A DNA stretch of 63,368 bases, the filler included, from Octopus bimaculoides (lineage: Eukaryota), in NCBI RefSeq assembly GCF_001194135.2. It is 6 parts of 5 records of this genome, joined end to end, with 100 filler letters (N's around TTAATTAATTAA, not from the genome) between each part and the next. Parts side by side here need not be neighbours in the genome. Positions count along the whole stretch, not along the records: positions 1 to 21,550 come from NC_068989.1; 5 more parts are not named here. One strand, given 5' to 3'. Positions 1-11,056 of the stretch are shown here, one piece after another. Below the pieces are notes generated by a model. The model made no database searches. It worked only from the letters and a program-made list of their open reading frames with translations, and was not told the DNA's origin. A program made the translations under genes and the position numbers. The first letter of the stretch is position 1. Every line of letters begins with the position of its first letter.

Positions 1-440
1 TATATATATATATATATATATATGTATATGTATGTATGTAAATGTATATGTAAATGTTAATATCAATATATTCACGCACAATATATAATACACACACTCA
101 CATATATATATGCATGTGTGTGTGTGCATATGTGTGTGTGTCTGCATGCTTTTCTTTAAGATTTATTTTAGTTCTTCCTTCAAGCAGGTCACTTACAAAT
201 TGACAATACTCTTTTGTTGGAGCGAAAACAGTTCCTAGCATTTGTGAATATGTGCATGAGTCTGATGCATTTGTAAATAAACTTGCACTTGTGCAATAGG
301 TGTAAATGTCACTTTGATACACAGACGCGTGTTTCATAAGCGTTTATATATGTGCGTGTGTATATATAAATAAGATCTTTTGTATAAATACATAAATCCG
401 GAGAAGAGGCACACTCTAAGATGTAGAGCAGTTAATATTT

Positions 441-548
441 TAGTGGGGTAGGCCAGTTTATGGGGTCACCCTGGGTTTCTCGCTCAATGGCTAAACCCCT
501 TATGAGCGAGAAAGGCAGAGTAACCCCATAAACTGGCCTACCCCACTA
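441..548. repeat. ~108-bp foldback (MITE-like hairpin)
   Basis: TAGTGGGGTAGGCCAGTTTATGGGGT at 441-466 is the exact reverse complement of the sequence ending at 548. An inner pair TTTCTCGCTCA/TGAGCGAGAAA is also present, and both ends are TA. Confidence 0.75.
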
Positions 549-550
549 TA

Positions 551-609
<59 letters not shown>

Positions 610-2610
610 GGTTGAATTAGATCCGTCCTTTAATTTGGAGGTTTCCCAAAAAAAAAGATTTCTAATATAGANNNNNNNNNNNNNNNNNNNNNNNNNNNNN
701 NNNNNNNNNNNNNNNNNNNNNNNNNNNNNNNNNNNNNNNNNNNNNNNNNNNNNNNNNNNNNNNNNNNNNNNNNNNNNNNNNNNNNNNNNNNNNNNNNNNN
801 NNNNNNNNNNNNNNNNNNNNNNNNNNNNNNNNNNNNNNNNNNNNNNNNNNNNNNNNNNNNNNNNNNNNNNNNNNNNNNNNNNNNNNNNNNNNNNNNNNNN
901 NNNNNNNNNNNNNNNNNNNNNNNNNNNNNNNNNNNNNNNNNNNNNNNNNNNNNNNNNNNNNNNNNNNNNNNNNNNNNNNNNNNNNNNNNNNNNNNNNNNN
1001 NNNNNNNNNNNNNNNNNNNNNNNNNNNNNNNNNNNNNNNNNNNNNNNNNNNNNNNNNNNNNNNNNNNNNNNNNNNNNNNNNNNNNNNNNNNNNNNNNNNN
1101 NNNNNNNNNNNNNNNNNNNNNNNNNNNNNNNNNNNNNNNNNNNNNNNNNNNNNNNNNNNNNNNNNNNNNNNNNNNNNNNNNNNNNNNNNNNNNNNNNNNN
1201 NNNNNNNNNNNNNNNNNNNNNNNNNNNNNNNNNNNNNNNNNNNNNNNNNNNNNNNNNNNNNNNNNNNNNNNNNNNNNNNNNNNNNNNNNNNNNNNNNNNN
1301 NNNNNNNNNNNNNNNNNNNNNNNNNNNNNNNNNNNNNNNNNNNNNNNNNNNNNNNNNNNNNNNNNNNNNNNNNNNNNNNNNNNNNNNNNNNNNGTTCACT
1401 TCATAGGCACTTGCAATTTTGTGTATAAGTCCATCACAAAAAAAAAAAAACGTCAAAAGGGGAATCCCTGGATTGTTTTGCACATTTCCACCGTCCATCG
1501 ATTCAATTTTATCTGGAGGCGACGAACCAATTTGCTTCGTGTTATTATTATTATTTTTTTTTTTTGGTATTTTGTTTTGAAGATTTGCACTGTTGTTTTT
1601 AAACAAGTCTGTTTCTATGCTTTTATACAAATCTGTTGAAACATAACTTAGTACTTCTATGATAATCGGTAAAAATGAAAATCAATAGTCTAGGAATAAG
1701 AGCTATAAGTTTCTCATAAGTCCATTATAGATGTTCCTCCTTTCCTTAATCTTAGACGAGACATTCATATCCTCAAGGCAGCTGACATCTACGGTGGTAC
1801 TTAATTTTTGCCTCTTGTCCCATAAAACAATACTGAGTCCATTGTGTATGTATTGTTTTTATTAACAGTACGTATGTATGCTTTATTTATTTATTTAATT
1901 ATTTATTTAATTGATTATTTGTTTATTTTTCTATCTGTATTCTTCCCAGAAGGAGGAAGCCATCTTCTAATAAAGAAACAAATACTCCATTACTGAAATT
2001 TTGATAGCAACAATGATAATCATTGGAAGCAAAACTTTAAGAAGTTTGTATGTTTGTATGTGTGTATNNNNNNNNNNNNNNNNNNNNNNNNNNNNNNNNN
2101 NNNNNNNNNNNNNNNNNNNNNNNNNNNNNNNNNNNNNNNNNNNNNNNNNNNNNNNNNNNNNNNNNNNNNNNNNNNNNNNNNNNNNNNNNNNNNNNNNNNN
2201 NNNNNNNNNNNNNNNNNNNNNNNNNNNNNNNNNNNNNNNNNNNNNNNNNNNNNNNNNNNNNNNNNNNNNNNNNNNNNNNNNNNNNNNNNNNNNNNNNNNN
2301 NNNNNNNNNNNNNNNNNNNNNNNNNNNNNNNNNNNNNNNNNNNNNNNNNNNNNNNNNNNNNNNNNNNNNNNNNNNNNNNNNNNNNNNNNNNNNNNNNNNN
2401 NNNNNNNNNNNNNNNNNNNNNNNNNNNNNNNNNNNNNNNNNNNNNNNNNNNNNNNNNNNNNNNNNNNNNNNNNNNNNNNNNNNNNNNNNNNNNNNNNNNT
2501 CCGTGTTGCTTTTTTTGATTTTTGCTCACCTTGTTTTTGGAATTGTTTGGATAATACCATACTATATTCTGGTGCCTAAACTTAAGTGCCACATTCAATT
2601 TTGAATCTAA

Positions 2611-2657
<47 letters not shown>

Positions 2658-3420
2658 GCGATCTTACAAATATTGCATACAAGTACGATCAATGAAATGG
2701 GTCAAACGACACACATACACGTTCATATACATTATCAAAGTTTTTCCTGTTCTGCTGTTGGTATTCATTTACATAGCATAATATAAATTTAGGCAGACAA
2801 TTTGTTGTTCTTCTACCGGTTCTGACTTCGGTCACTTCGTGTATTTGAAACAATAGCAACAATAGTAAAAGAGAGTGACAATTGGGTGACAAATAATATG
2901 AGAATTCGAATTGGATATTGAAAACAATGGTGGTGGGAGAAGAGAAGGTGACAGCGAGAGAAAGAGAAACAGGAAGACATAGCAGGTAGTAGTGACAGTA
3001 GAGGTAATGTTTTGAAAGTAGCTTAAACAGAATAGAGTCATATAACGCCTTAAATTTCTCACTGATATCAGCAAACTTTAGTTTTCCATGGAGCTTTCTA
3101 TTTTCAGTGTTGAATTTTCTTTCTTGTTACTGTATCAGACTACTTAATACTGATCTGTCTGTATTTTTTATAATACTTTCTTCTCAAATGTTAGAATCTG
3201 ATCAAGAGAATTGCTATTTACAGTCCACCTTGTTAGGAAAGCAGAAAGAAGAGCAGCACCTTCCTTTATAGGTGTTTGATAAGCCACATATTTAATCAAA
3301 CACACACACACACACACACACACACANNNNNNNNNNNNNNNNNNNNNNNNNNNNNNNNNNNNNNNNNNNNNNNNNNNNNNNNNNNNNNNNNNNNNNNNNN
3401 NNNNNNNNNNNNNNNNNNNN

Positions 3421-3450
<30 letters not shown>

Positions 3451-3459
<9 letters not shown>

Positions 3460-3908
3460 ATTTGGGGATGGTCATGTTGCCAGTTTAGCCAATATAAAAG
3501 AAGTAGGTATAAACACATGAACAAATAAATAAAAACAAATTAAATTAAACGAACATGTATAAACAGGGGATACAGATAATACAGGCACTCCCCATGCACA
3601 CACATGCACTTACTAAACATAGACAAACATAGACACACATAGAGGGATACGCATACGCAAATATAGACACATGCAATAGGAATACAAAATACAAAATACA
3701 AAATGGCTGATCGTTAGCAAGGAGGGACATACAAATAAGAAAGAAGAAAGCAAAGGACCACTGATGAGGTCACAGAAGTGTGACGAAAGAACTCTGGCCG
3801 AAATACGATTAATGTAATATAAAGCTGAAGCAAATTAACACCAAATATATAGTGCGTGTGTTTTTATTGGCTAAACTGGCAATATGACCATCCCCAAATA
3901 CAACAATA
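3451..3908. mobile_element. Non-autonomous element bounded by 44-bp inverted repeats, carrying a hammerhead-like motif
   Basis: 3451-3494 and 3865-3908 are reverse complements with 1 mismatch. The left end abuts (TA)n, and no transposase ORF lies inside. Confidence 0.65.
3755..3799 (+). ncRNA. Candidate minimal type I hammerhead ribozyme
   Basis: GGACCA-CTGATGA-G-GTCACA-GAAG-TGTGAC-GAAA-G-AA-C-TC-TGGCC gives both core boxes, a 6-bp stem II, a 2-bp stem III with 2-nt loop, a CUC triplet and a 5-bp stem I with one bulged A. The extra G after CUGAUGA is atypical. Confidence 0.5.
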
Positions 3909-3934
3909 TCTGTTACCCTATTTCCATATCTTTT

Positions 3935-4600
3935 CTGACCTTATTAACTCCAGTACTTTAGTCTTCACTTTCAACACCTCAAAAGTGATGGAACAGCCAT
4001 TATCGATAGTCTTCTTCAATACCTTGACTATCTCTCCTTCTGTAATGATAATCACTACACCTTTATAAAACCATATCTACTCCAAACCTACTCTCCTACA
4101 TCACTCACCTCTAAGCAGCCGCTCTCGCGAAATTTGATGAAACCAGTGATGTGGCCTTCTGCACTAGCAAAACATTCGACCGTGTCTGAACGGTAAATCT
4201 GTTAAAACTTCTCGCTAATGGGTTTCTACCATCTCTTGTCTCTTGATTAGCAGCTTTCTGTCGCAGCATCGTAACCTTAACTGATGCAACTCTCTCTGAC
4301 CACACCCTATCAACTCTCTAATGTGTTTCCAAGGTTCACTTTTGTCCCCAAGATTCTTCCCCCTGCATCAACGACCAACTTGCCGCCACCTAACACATGA
4401 GACCACTCTTCATTTCACCCAAACTTTACGCACCCAAGCAAACTAGATGCCTTATACATAATTTACACCAACTGGGAACTGACTTGGTAAACTTAGACAC
4501 CTTCAACTCTGTCCCTCAGTTGAAAGCTTCGGTCAATGACTCCGATCTAAGAATACCATTTTTGCTTTTATTCCCACCAGTCACGGCATCTCTTTAAAAG
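3935..4600 (+). pseudogene. Decayed CR1/L2-like non-LTR reverse transcriptase fragment
   Basis: Hand translation with stops and shifts gives SKVMEQ...NDNHYTF...AAALAKFDETSDVAFCTSKTFDRV*...LLKLLANGFLPSLVS*...QGSLLSP. This matches the RT motifs SKAFDRVWH and QGSVLSP. Confidence 0.75.
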
Positions 4601-4709
4601 AGCCATGGCAGTGGTCTTTCTCTTTATGATTAAAGTATAAAATGAAAATGAAACAAACTATTATCAACCGGGGAAATGTTAAGGAAGATGATGGTTACAA
4701 ACCCAGTTC

Positions 4710-5905
4710 AGCATTGTCGAGGACGAGGAGACCCTTGAGAGGAAGGTCATTCTCCAGAAAGTAATTTTTCACGGCTGGTCCGAAGATAAAGTTGACCCAC
4801 TCGGTGAGGAATTTCCCGGTGATCCAGGCTTTAACGTTTGCTCTCCACATGACCTGCAGCTTCTCCTTCAGGATTTTCTGCGACTTGAAAACTTGTGGGT
4901 TTTCCGAATGGCAGACAAGGAGCGGCTTATTTTTCAAGTCTCCACTCGCATTGGTACAAAAGGCGAGAGTTAGTCTATCTTTCATAGGCTTGTGGCCTGG
5001 CATTTTCTTCTCCTTTGCAGTTATGTAGGTTCTTCTGGGCTTTTGTTTTTCCAGAAACGGCTAGTTTCATTACAGTTGAATACCTGTTGTGCGATGTACA
5101 CCTCAGCTACGATGAGCTGACGGAATTCACGCACGAAATCCTCAGCTGCCTTCGTGTCAGAACTCGCTGCTTCTCCATACCTGACGGTGCTATGAACACC
5201 AGTCCTCTCCTTGAAATTATCAAACCAGCTGCGACTAGCCTTAAATGCGTCTGCTGATATCTCCTCCGTCGATGTTCCAGAGTTCTACTTCAAGAGATCC
5301 CCATACAGAGCTCTTGCTTTCTCGTAGATGATGGTCTCCGTAATCTTATCCCTTGCGAGTTGCTTCTCGTTGATCCAGAAGTGAAGCAATTTTTTACTCT
5401 CTTCGTGGACAAATGTGCGTTGCTTGGAGAGCCTGGATACGCCCTTTGCTGTTGAAACGGCCTTGATCTCATCCTTTTTCTTCAGGATGGTGCAGATCGT
5501 CGACGTGCTTCGGTCGTATTGACATGATATGTCCACTACACGCATTCCTCTCTCATGCTTATCAATGGTTTCCTTCTTCAATTCTATCGTAATCAGCTTT
5601 TTCTTCTTCTCAGCACTGACCTTTGCACTAACCTTCTTAGGACCCATGGCTAACACAACTAAATATAAAATGATAGCAAAAAAACGCACAAAACTAAAAA
5701 AAAAAAAACACTGGGAAAAACACAACAGAGATGCTGCCATAACGAGATGAACACCTGAAATGAGAGAGCGGAGGCTGCGCTTGTTATGAGAGCGTGTGCG
5801 AGCTCAGCGCCGACTTAGCGGTCGCTTGTATGAAACTCGTACGAGCCTCGGCTCCTACAGCAAATTACGCGTACAATGGTGCACTCGTACTGCGAGATTC
5901 TACTG
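4710..5905 (-). mobile_element. Tigger/pogo DNA transposon, 3'-truncated, with transposase pseudogene
   Basis: MGPKKVSAK... starts at 5647 with a CENP-B-type HTH, then FKASRSWFDNFKERTG, QQVFNCNET, MPGHKPMKDRLTL and LLVLDNA (DDE_1) with frameshifts. The left terminus CAGTAGAATCTCGCAGTACGAG is preceded by TA at 5906-5907. Confidence 0.9.
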
Positions 5906-6534
5906 TATCAGTTATATTTCTCTCAGAAAACACACTTACTTTTTTTTTTTTTTTTAAATGGGGAATCGTTGGGATATTGTTGTTGTGGCCATACAAGAAG
6001 ATGAGATATAGTTATTGCTATATCAAAGACTTGAAGCATAACAACAATAACAACACTAACAAAAAAAAAAAAAAAAAAAAAAAAGCAGAGCTTCTTCAGT
6101 TGTTTCAATATTATATAGAAGCGTATGGATATTAATTTAAGAAAAAAGACGGAATACCAAACCTGTCACCTGTCAATCCAGGTTGACAAGTCTTAAAGCT
6201 GCATAGGTAGAAGGTATATTCATAGCTAACGCCCTCAGTAATTACCAGCAGTGATAGACAGCAGTCATCCATTGATACATTTTGTGTAAAGCTATTGTCA
6301 TTTGAAAGAGACGAACGCTGTACTTACAATGGATGCCAGTGACACTCCCAGAAGAGTTCAAAGAAATTAATATTAATTAATTGGACCTAAACTACATAAT
6401 CGCTCCAATCTAATCATTACAATGACAAAATATAAATCATTTCGATTAAATTGTTCCTCATCACAGGCGTCAAATGTTTCATCGATTTTTATTTTACGCA
6501 TTAGCTAATTAATATTGATATGACGGAAATATTA

Positions 6535-6603
<69 letters not shown>

Positions 6604-7119
6604 GAGAGAGATGGAGAGAGAGAGAGAGAGAGAAAGAGAAGGGAGAGATGTATATCTAAGTGTCCGTGTGCGTAGTTACACACACACACGCTCACACAAA
6701 CACACACAAACGCGCGCATGCACATACATGCACGCACGCATGCGCTTCTTTCACCCGTTTCAACGATCCTGCAGTGGACCTACTGGGGCACTGCTATGTT
6801 GTCTGTTCCAGTCTGGTGCTCAGTATTTCAGTAAATAAGGCTGACCTTGCCGCTCACATCTGTATCTCTTTCCCGTGGTGTTGAGTTCATCGGGTATGGT
6901 GCACAATAGCATGTAAAAATCCTTTTAAAAGATGATGACAAGCGCTCAATGCATATCACCAAAATCGCATATAGTAAGGTAGACATAGGCTGACTATGAT
7001 GCTCTTTAAGCGCAAAGGCCACATTATGTTTATCACGTCTGTAGAAAAATTTCTAATTCTCAAAGTAGTCTGACCAGATACTGTAATTCTTATCATTAAT
7101 ATGATTTGGGACACAATAT

Positions 7120-7260
7120 TCGTTTTCAGCGTCATATTTGTGACAACACATGTAGCTCTGCATCCGGGCTTAAGAGCCACTTACGGGGCCCACAGCCGGA
7201 TGTTTCATCGATAGCTTTAGGACAGATGGTAACTATTCTGAAAAGAAGCAGCAATCACCA
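7120..7260 (+). mobile_element. RTE LINE extreme 3' end
   Basis: HICDNTCSSASGLKSHLR resembles the RTE C-terminal C2H2 motif. It is followed by a short 3' UTR and a (TGTA)n tail. Confidence 0.55.
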
Positions 7261-7337
7261 TGTATGTATGTATGTATGTATGCATGCATGTATGTATGTA
7301 TGTATGTATGTATGTATGTACGTACGTATGTATATAT

Positions 7338-7875
7338 GTTCCCAATCTCTTTTTAATTTAGAATAAATTTTGACCGGTCACCTGCTAGGTAGCCAGCTTG
7401 TGAAGGAAAATATGTTTTAAACTGTCATCCTTTAAATCTTAAGGTCTTGCGGATTTTTATATTCCCAGATATTGTGATCATTTATAGTATATGAATTAAG
7501 GATTTGCGTTCTCTCCCCAACAACCTAAGTTTAGCCATACTTTGCTCAAGACGGGTTGGTATGTATCCTCTGGCTGCAATATTAGACACTGAAAGTATAT
7601 CATGGTTTCAGGATTTGTAAACTCCTTATCAATGGCCCATAAATATACTCGTTCTCTCGGATTTTCCCAACTACATTGGTGTTCAGGGGGCCGCTGATTT
7701 CCACAACAGAACATAACTTCTCTTTATGGTATCACACAACGATATCGGGACGATTGTGCATTATCTTGGTGGCTGTTCAATTTTCAAGTTCCACCATTAC
7801 CATTTTGATCCATTTCTCTTAATATTGTCAACTTCCACTGTAGGTGATTTAATTTTTCTTATTCTATCCCAGACT
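7338..7875 (-). mobile_element. 5'-truncated RLE-type (R4/NeSL-like) non-LTR retrotransposon flanked by (CATA)n
   Basis: Minus-strand translation reads HNRPDIVV*YHKEKLCSVVEISGPLNTNVVGKIRENEYIYGPLIRSLQIL...ERKSLIHIL*MITISGNIKIRKT. (CATA)n lies on both sides. Confidence 0.75.
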
Positions 7876-7929
7876 GTATGTATGTATGTATGTATGTATG
7901 TATGTATGTATGTATGTATGTATGTATGT

Positions 7930-8533
7930 CATACCCTTTACAAACGTCATGTAAGGGTCCTTGAAGGCTTTCATCAGAGATGTCTCAGACGCATTCTGAA
8001 TGTTGGCTGGACCTTAAAAACTCCCGACACACAGGTCCCAGGTGATGGTGCACAAACACCGGTTACGTTGGACTGGACACTTTATTAGAATGAAGGATAG
8101 CAGGATCCCTAAACAGATGCTATATAGGGAACTTGTGAATGGAAAAAGAACCCGTCAGAAACCAAGGTTGCAATTTAAGGACTCTGTCAAGTCCTCATTA
8201 AAGGCCTGTGATATGCAGGAGACTGACTGGGAGAACAATGCCTGTCATCGCCACGGATGCAGGAAGCAGGTTAAGGAAGGGATCGACACTTTTGAGAGAG
8301 CACATATTCAGCATGAAGAATTTAAGTGGGCTGTTCGAAAGCGCACTGCTGGTGTAGTGAATGGGGAAAGCTTGGTCTGCAATGTTTGCAGTCGTGTATG
8401 CTTGTGAAGAGCAGGGCTCATTAGCCACCAACGGAGCCGCAAATGCAAAATATAAGTTAGTCCTTGAGCGAACAATGTTCCTGAAGGTCAGCAATGGTCT
8501 TCCTCGGTCACGAGTGGACGGCCATCACATCAT
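7930..8533 (+). mobile_element. RTE LINE 3' fragment (frameshifted)
   Basis: TLYKRHVRVLEGFHQRCLRRIL..., RLRWTGHFIRMKDSRIPKQMLY...GKRTRQKPRLQFKD..., and terminal CNVCSRVCL*RAGLISHQRS. Confidence 0.9.
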
Positions 8534-8542
8534 ATATGTATG

Positions 8543-8645
8543 ACATAATTCAGTTTGATTTCAAAATTTCTTACCAACAGAGAAAGAGGCGGTTTCTAAC
8601 CTAAATCCAAGGTTCCTTCACTGGAATTTCAATATCAACAACAGG
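8543..8645 (-). repeat. ~100-bp repeat embedded in (TATG)n; homolog at 20230-20336
   Basis: Near-identical core AGAAAG..CGGTTTCTAACCTAAATCCAAGG.TCCTTCA.TGGAATTTCAA.ATCAACAACAGG occurs at both loci. Confidence 0.75.
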
Positions 8646-8683
8646 GTAGTGTATGTATGTATGTATGTATGTATGTATGTGTG

Positions 8684-8717
<34 letters not shown>

Positions 8718-8866
8718 TGTATGTATGTACGTACGTATGTATATATGTATGTTTGTATGTATGTGAGTGTGTATGTATGTATGTATGTATGTAGGTATGC
8801 GTAAATATATACATATCTATCTATCAATCCATCCATCCATCCATCTGTCTGTCTATCTCTCTCTCT

Positions 8867-8923
<57 letters not shown>

Positions 8924-9028
8924 GATCTATCTATCTATATGTATATATATATATATATATGTATATNNNNNNNNNNNNNNNNNNNNNNNNNNNNNNNNNN
9001 NNNNNNNNNNNNNNNNNNNNNNNNNNNN

Positions 9029-9077
<49 letters not shown>

Positions 9078-9262
9078 TGTATGTATGTATGTATATATAT
9101 GCATGTATGTATATGTATAAATAATACAAAATGGGACAAGGACGCAAAACATCCAGACAGTTAGGTGATACACGAAAGGGACAAAACATACAGATAGACG
9201 ATACAAAGAAAACACACACACACACATACACACACACACATACACACACACACATATATATA

Positions 9263-9560
9263 CATTAGTAGTTTATATTCCTGTCTCAAGGATATATATA
9301 ATAAACAGCTTCAAAGACATGTAACCTTAGCCATACCATTTGATAAACACTTTTATGAAAGTTTCAAGTTAATAAAAATAAACATATTGCCAGGCGCTGT
9401 TACTTTACATTTTGCCAGAAAAAAAAAAAATTTAAACGCGTTTAGTAATGATGATCATAGATATGGATAGCTAAAGCATAAAGTTCTGGTAAATGTCCAG
9501 GCTTTAGAATATACTGTTTGCAAAAATATTCTCTTCCTGTTGGGTGTTCACAAAGATATA

Positions 9561-9565
<5 letters not shown>
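9263..9565 (-). repeat. ~300-bp repeat, inverted partner of 11056-11358
   Basis: Its reverse complement aligns along 11056-11358 (e.g. TTAACTTGAAACTTTCATAAAAGTGTTTAT), roughly 80% identity by eye. Confidence 0.8.
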
Positions 9566-9594
<29 letters not shown>

Positions 9595-9675
9595 GTGTGT
9601 CAAGGGAGAGTCAAACTGCCTTAATATCAAATACATCAATTTCAACTCATTTATTATTATTATTATTATTATTGA

Positions 9676-9976
9676 GTGAGAGAGCAGTGCATGCCATCAA
9701 AGTGACATTGGGGTAAAATATACGAAGCCCATTATACCCATCATGACTACCCGTCTGATAAGGGTACACCAGGCACATGCATCACAACCATATGTGCGCG
9801 ACATGGTGATCTCATATCAAAATAAACAGCGCATGACCTCGCAGGTGGGGCCCAGTTAGAATTTTCATCAGGTGGTATTGAGCAGAATACTTGCTGTAGC
9901 CCATCTTTTTATACCAAGACAAAACAATGTACATAATAACACTTCCAATCAATTAAGGTCAGAAGCCATGAGAGCC

Positions 9977-9978
<2 letters not shown>
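9676..9978. repeat. Interspersed repeat fragment flanked by (ATT)n
   Basis: Non-coding, higher-GC block between two (ATT)n runs. It resembles an octopus repeat I recall, but has no second copy in this window. Confidence 0.35.
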
Positions 9979-10021
<43 letters not shown>

Positions 10022-10108
10022 NNNNNNNNNNATATTTGTCTTCCAAAATTGGATGTACATCCATTGACAAGGTGGCAAAAGCAACGAAAATTTTGGAAGA
10101 CACAGCGA

Positions 10109-10327
10109 TAATAATAATAATGGTTTCAAATTTTGCCACAAGGGTAGCAATTTCGGAGGAGGGGATGAGTTATTTACATCAACTCCAGTGTTCAACTGGT
10201 ATTTATTTCATCGACCCCGAAAGGATGAAAGGCAAAGTTGACCTCGGTTGAATTTGAACTCAGATCGTAGCGCCAGACGAAATGCCGCTAAGCGTTTCGC
10301 CCGGCGTGCCAACGATTCTGCCAGCTC
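10109..10327 (-). mobile_element. tRNA-derived SINE, family A (ATT tail)
   Basis: Reverse complement gives GAGCTGGCAGAATCGTTGGCACGCCGGGCGAAA...GAGTTCAAATTC...TTTGCCTTTCATCCTTTCGGGGTCGAT, shared with about 10 copies in the window. Confidence 0.85.
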
Positions 10328-10332
10328 TCTAC

Positions 10333-10392
<60 letters not shown>

Positions 10393-10550
10393 CAGAAGAA
10401 GAAGAAGAAGAAGAAGAAGAAGAAGAAGAAGAAAGGAGTGGAAATTGAACCGGTGAGCGTGTTAGACATTAAAATAGTATGACTTTCCCCAGACACAGCA
10501 AAATTTGTTTCAACACACAAAGAATCTTGCAAACCAGATACAAAAACGAA

Positions 10551-10689
10551 GTGTAGTAAGAAGCTTGCTTCCCCACCACATAGTTCTGGGTTCAGTCCCA
10601 CTGCGCGGCATCTTGGATAAGTGTCTTCTTGAGTAAGTGCTCACCAAAGTCTTGTGAGTTGATTTGGTAGGCGGAAACTGAAAGAAGCG

Positions 10690-10737
<48 letters not shown>

Positions 10738-10963
10738 TTATTTATTTATTTGAATGTGTCTGTGTTTGTCCCCCCACCATCGCTTGACAGCCGATGTTGG
10801 TGTGTTTACGTCCCCGAAACTTAGTGGTTTGACAAAAGTGACCGGTAGAATAAGTATTAGGCTTACAAAGAATAAGTCCTGGGGTCGATTTGTCCGACTC
10901 AAGGTAATGCTCCAGCATGGCCGTAGTCAAATGACTGAAACAAGTAAAAAATAAAAGATAAGA
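10551..10963 (+). mobile_element. tRNA-derived SINE, family C, with internal microsatellite
   Basis: Head GGGTTCAGTCCCACTGCG...GGAAACTGAAAGAAGC, then (TA)n, then 3' half GTTTGTCCCCCCACCATCGCTTGAC...CTCCAGCATGGCCGTAGTCAAATGACTGAAACAAGTAAAA. Confidence 0.85.
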
Positions 10964-11017
10964 ATATGTATATTTATATATATAAATATATATTCACACG
11001 CACGCACACACTCTCAC

Positions 11018-11055
<38 letters not shown>

Positions 11056-11056
<1 letters not shown>

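Noticed and set aside
662-1630. Long ORFs in the supplied track made mostly of X (also 28.5k, 34k, 40k, 43k, 45k, 47k, 51k)
   Set aside because: They are open only because they cross N gaps.
2770-2860. IHEVTEVRTGRRT peptide reminiscent of a phospholipase C PH-domain motif (minus strand)
   Set aside because: The match is too short, there is no AG acceptor (TTTCAA) and no further PLC-like sequence.
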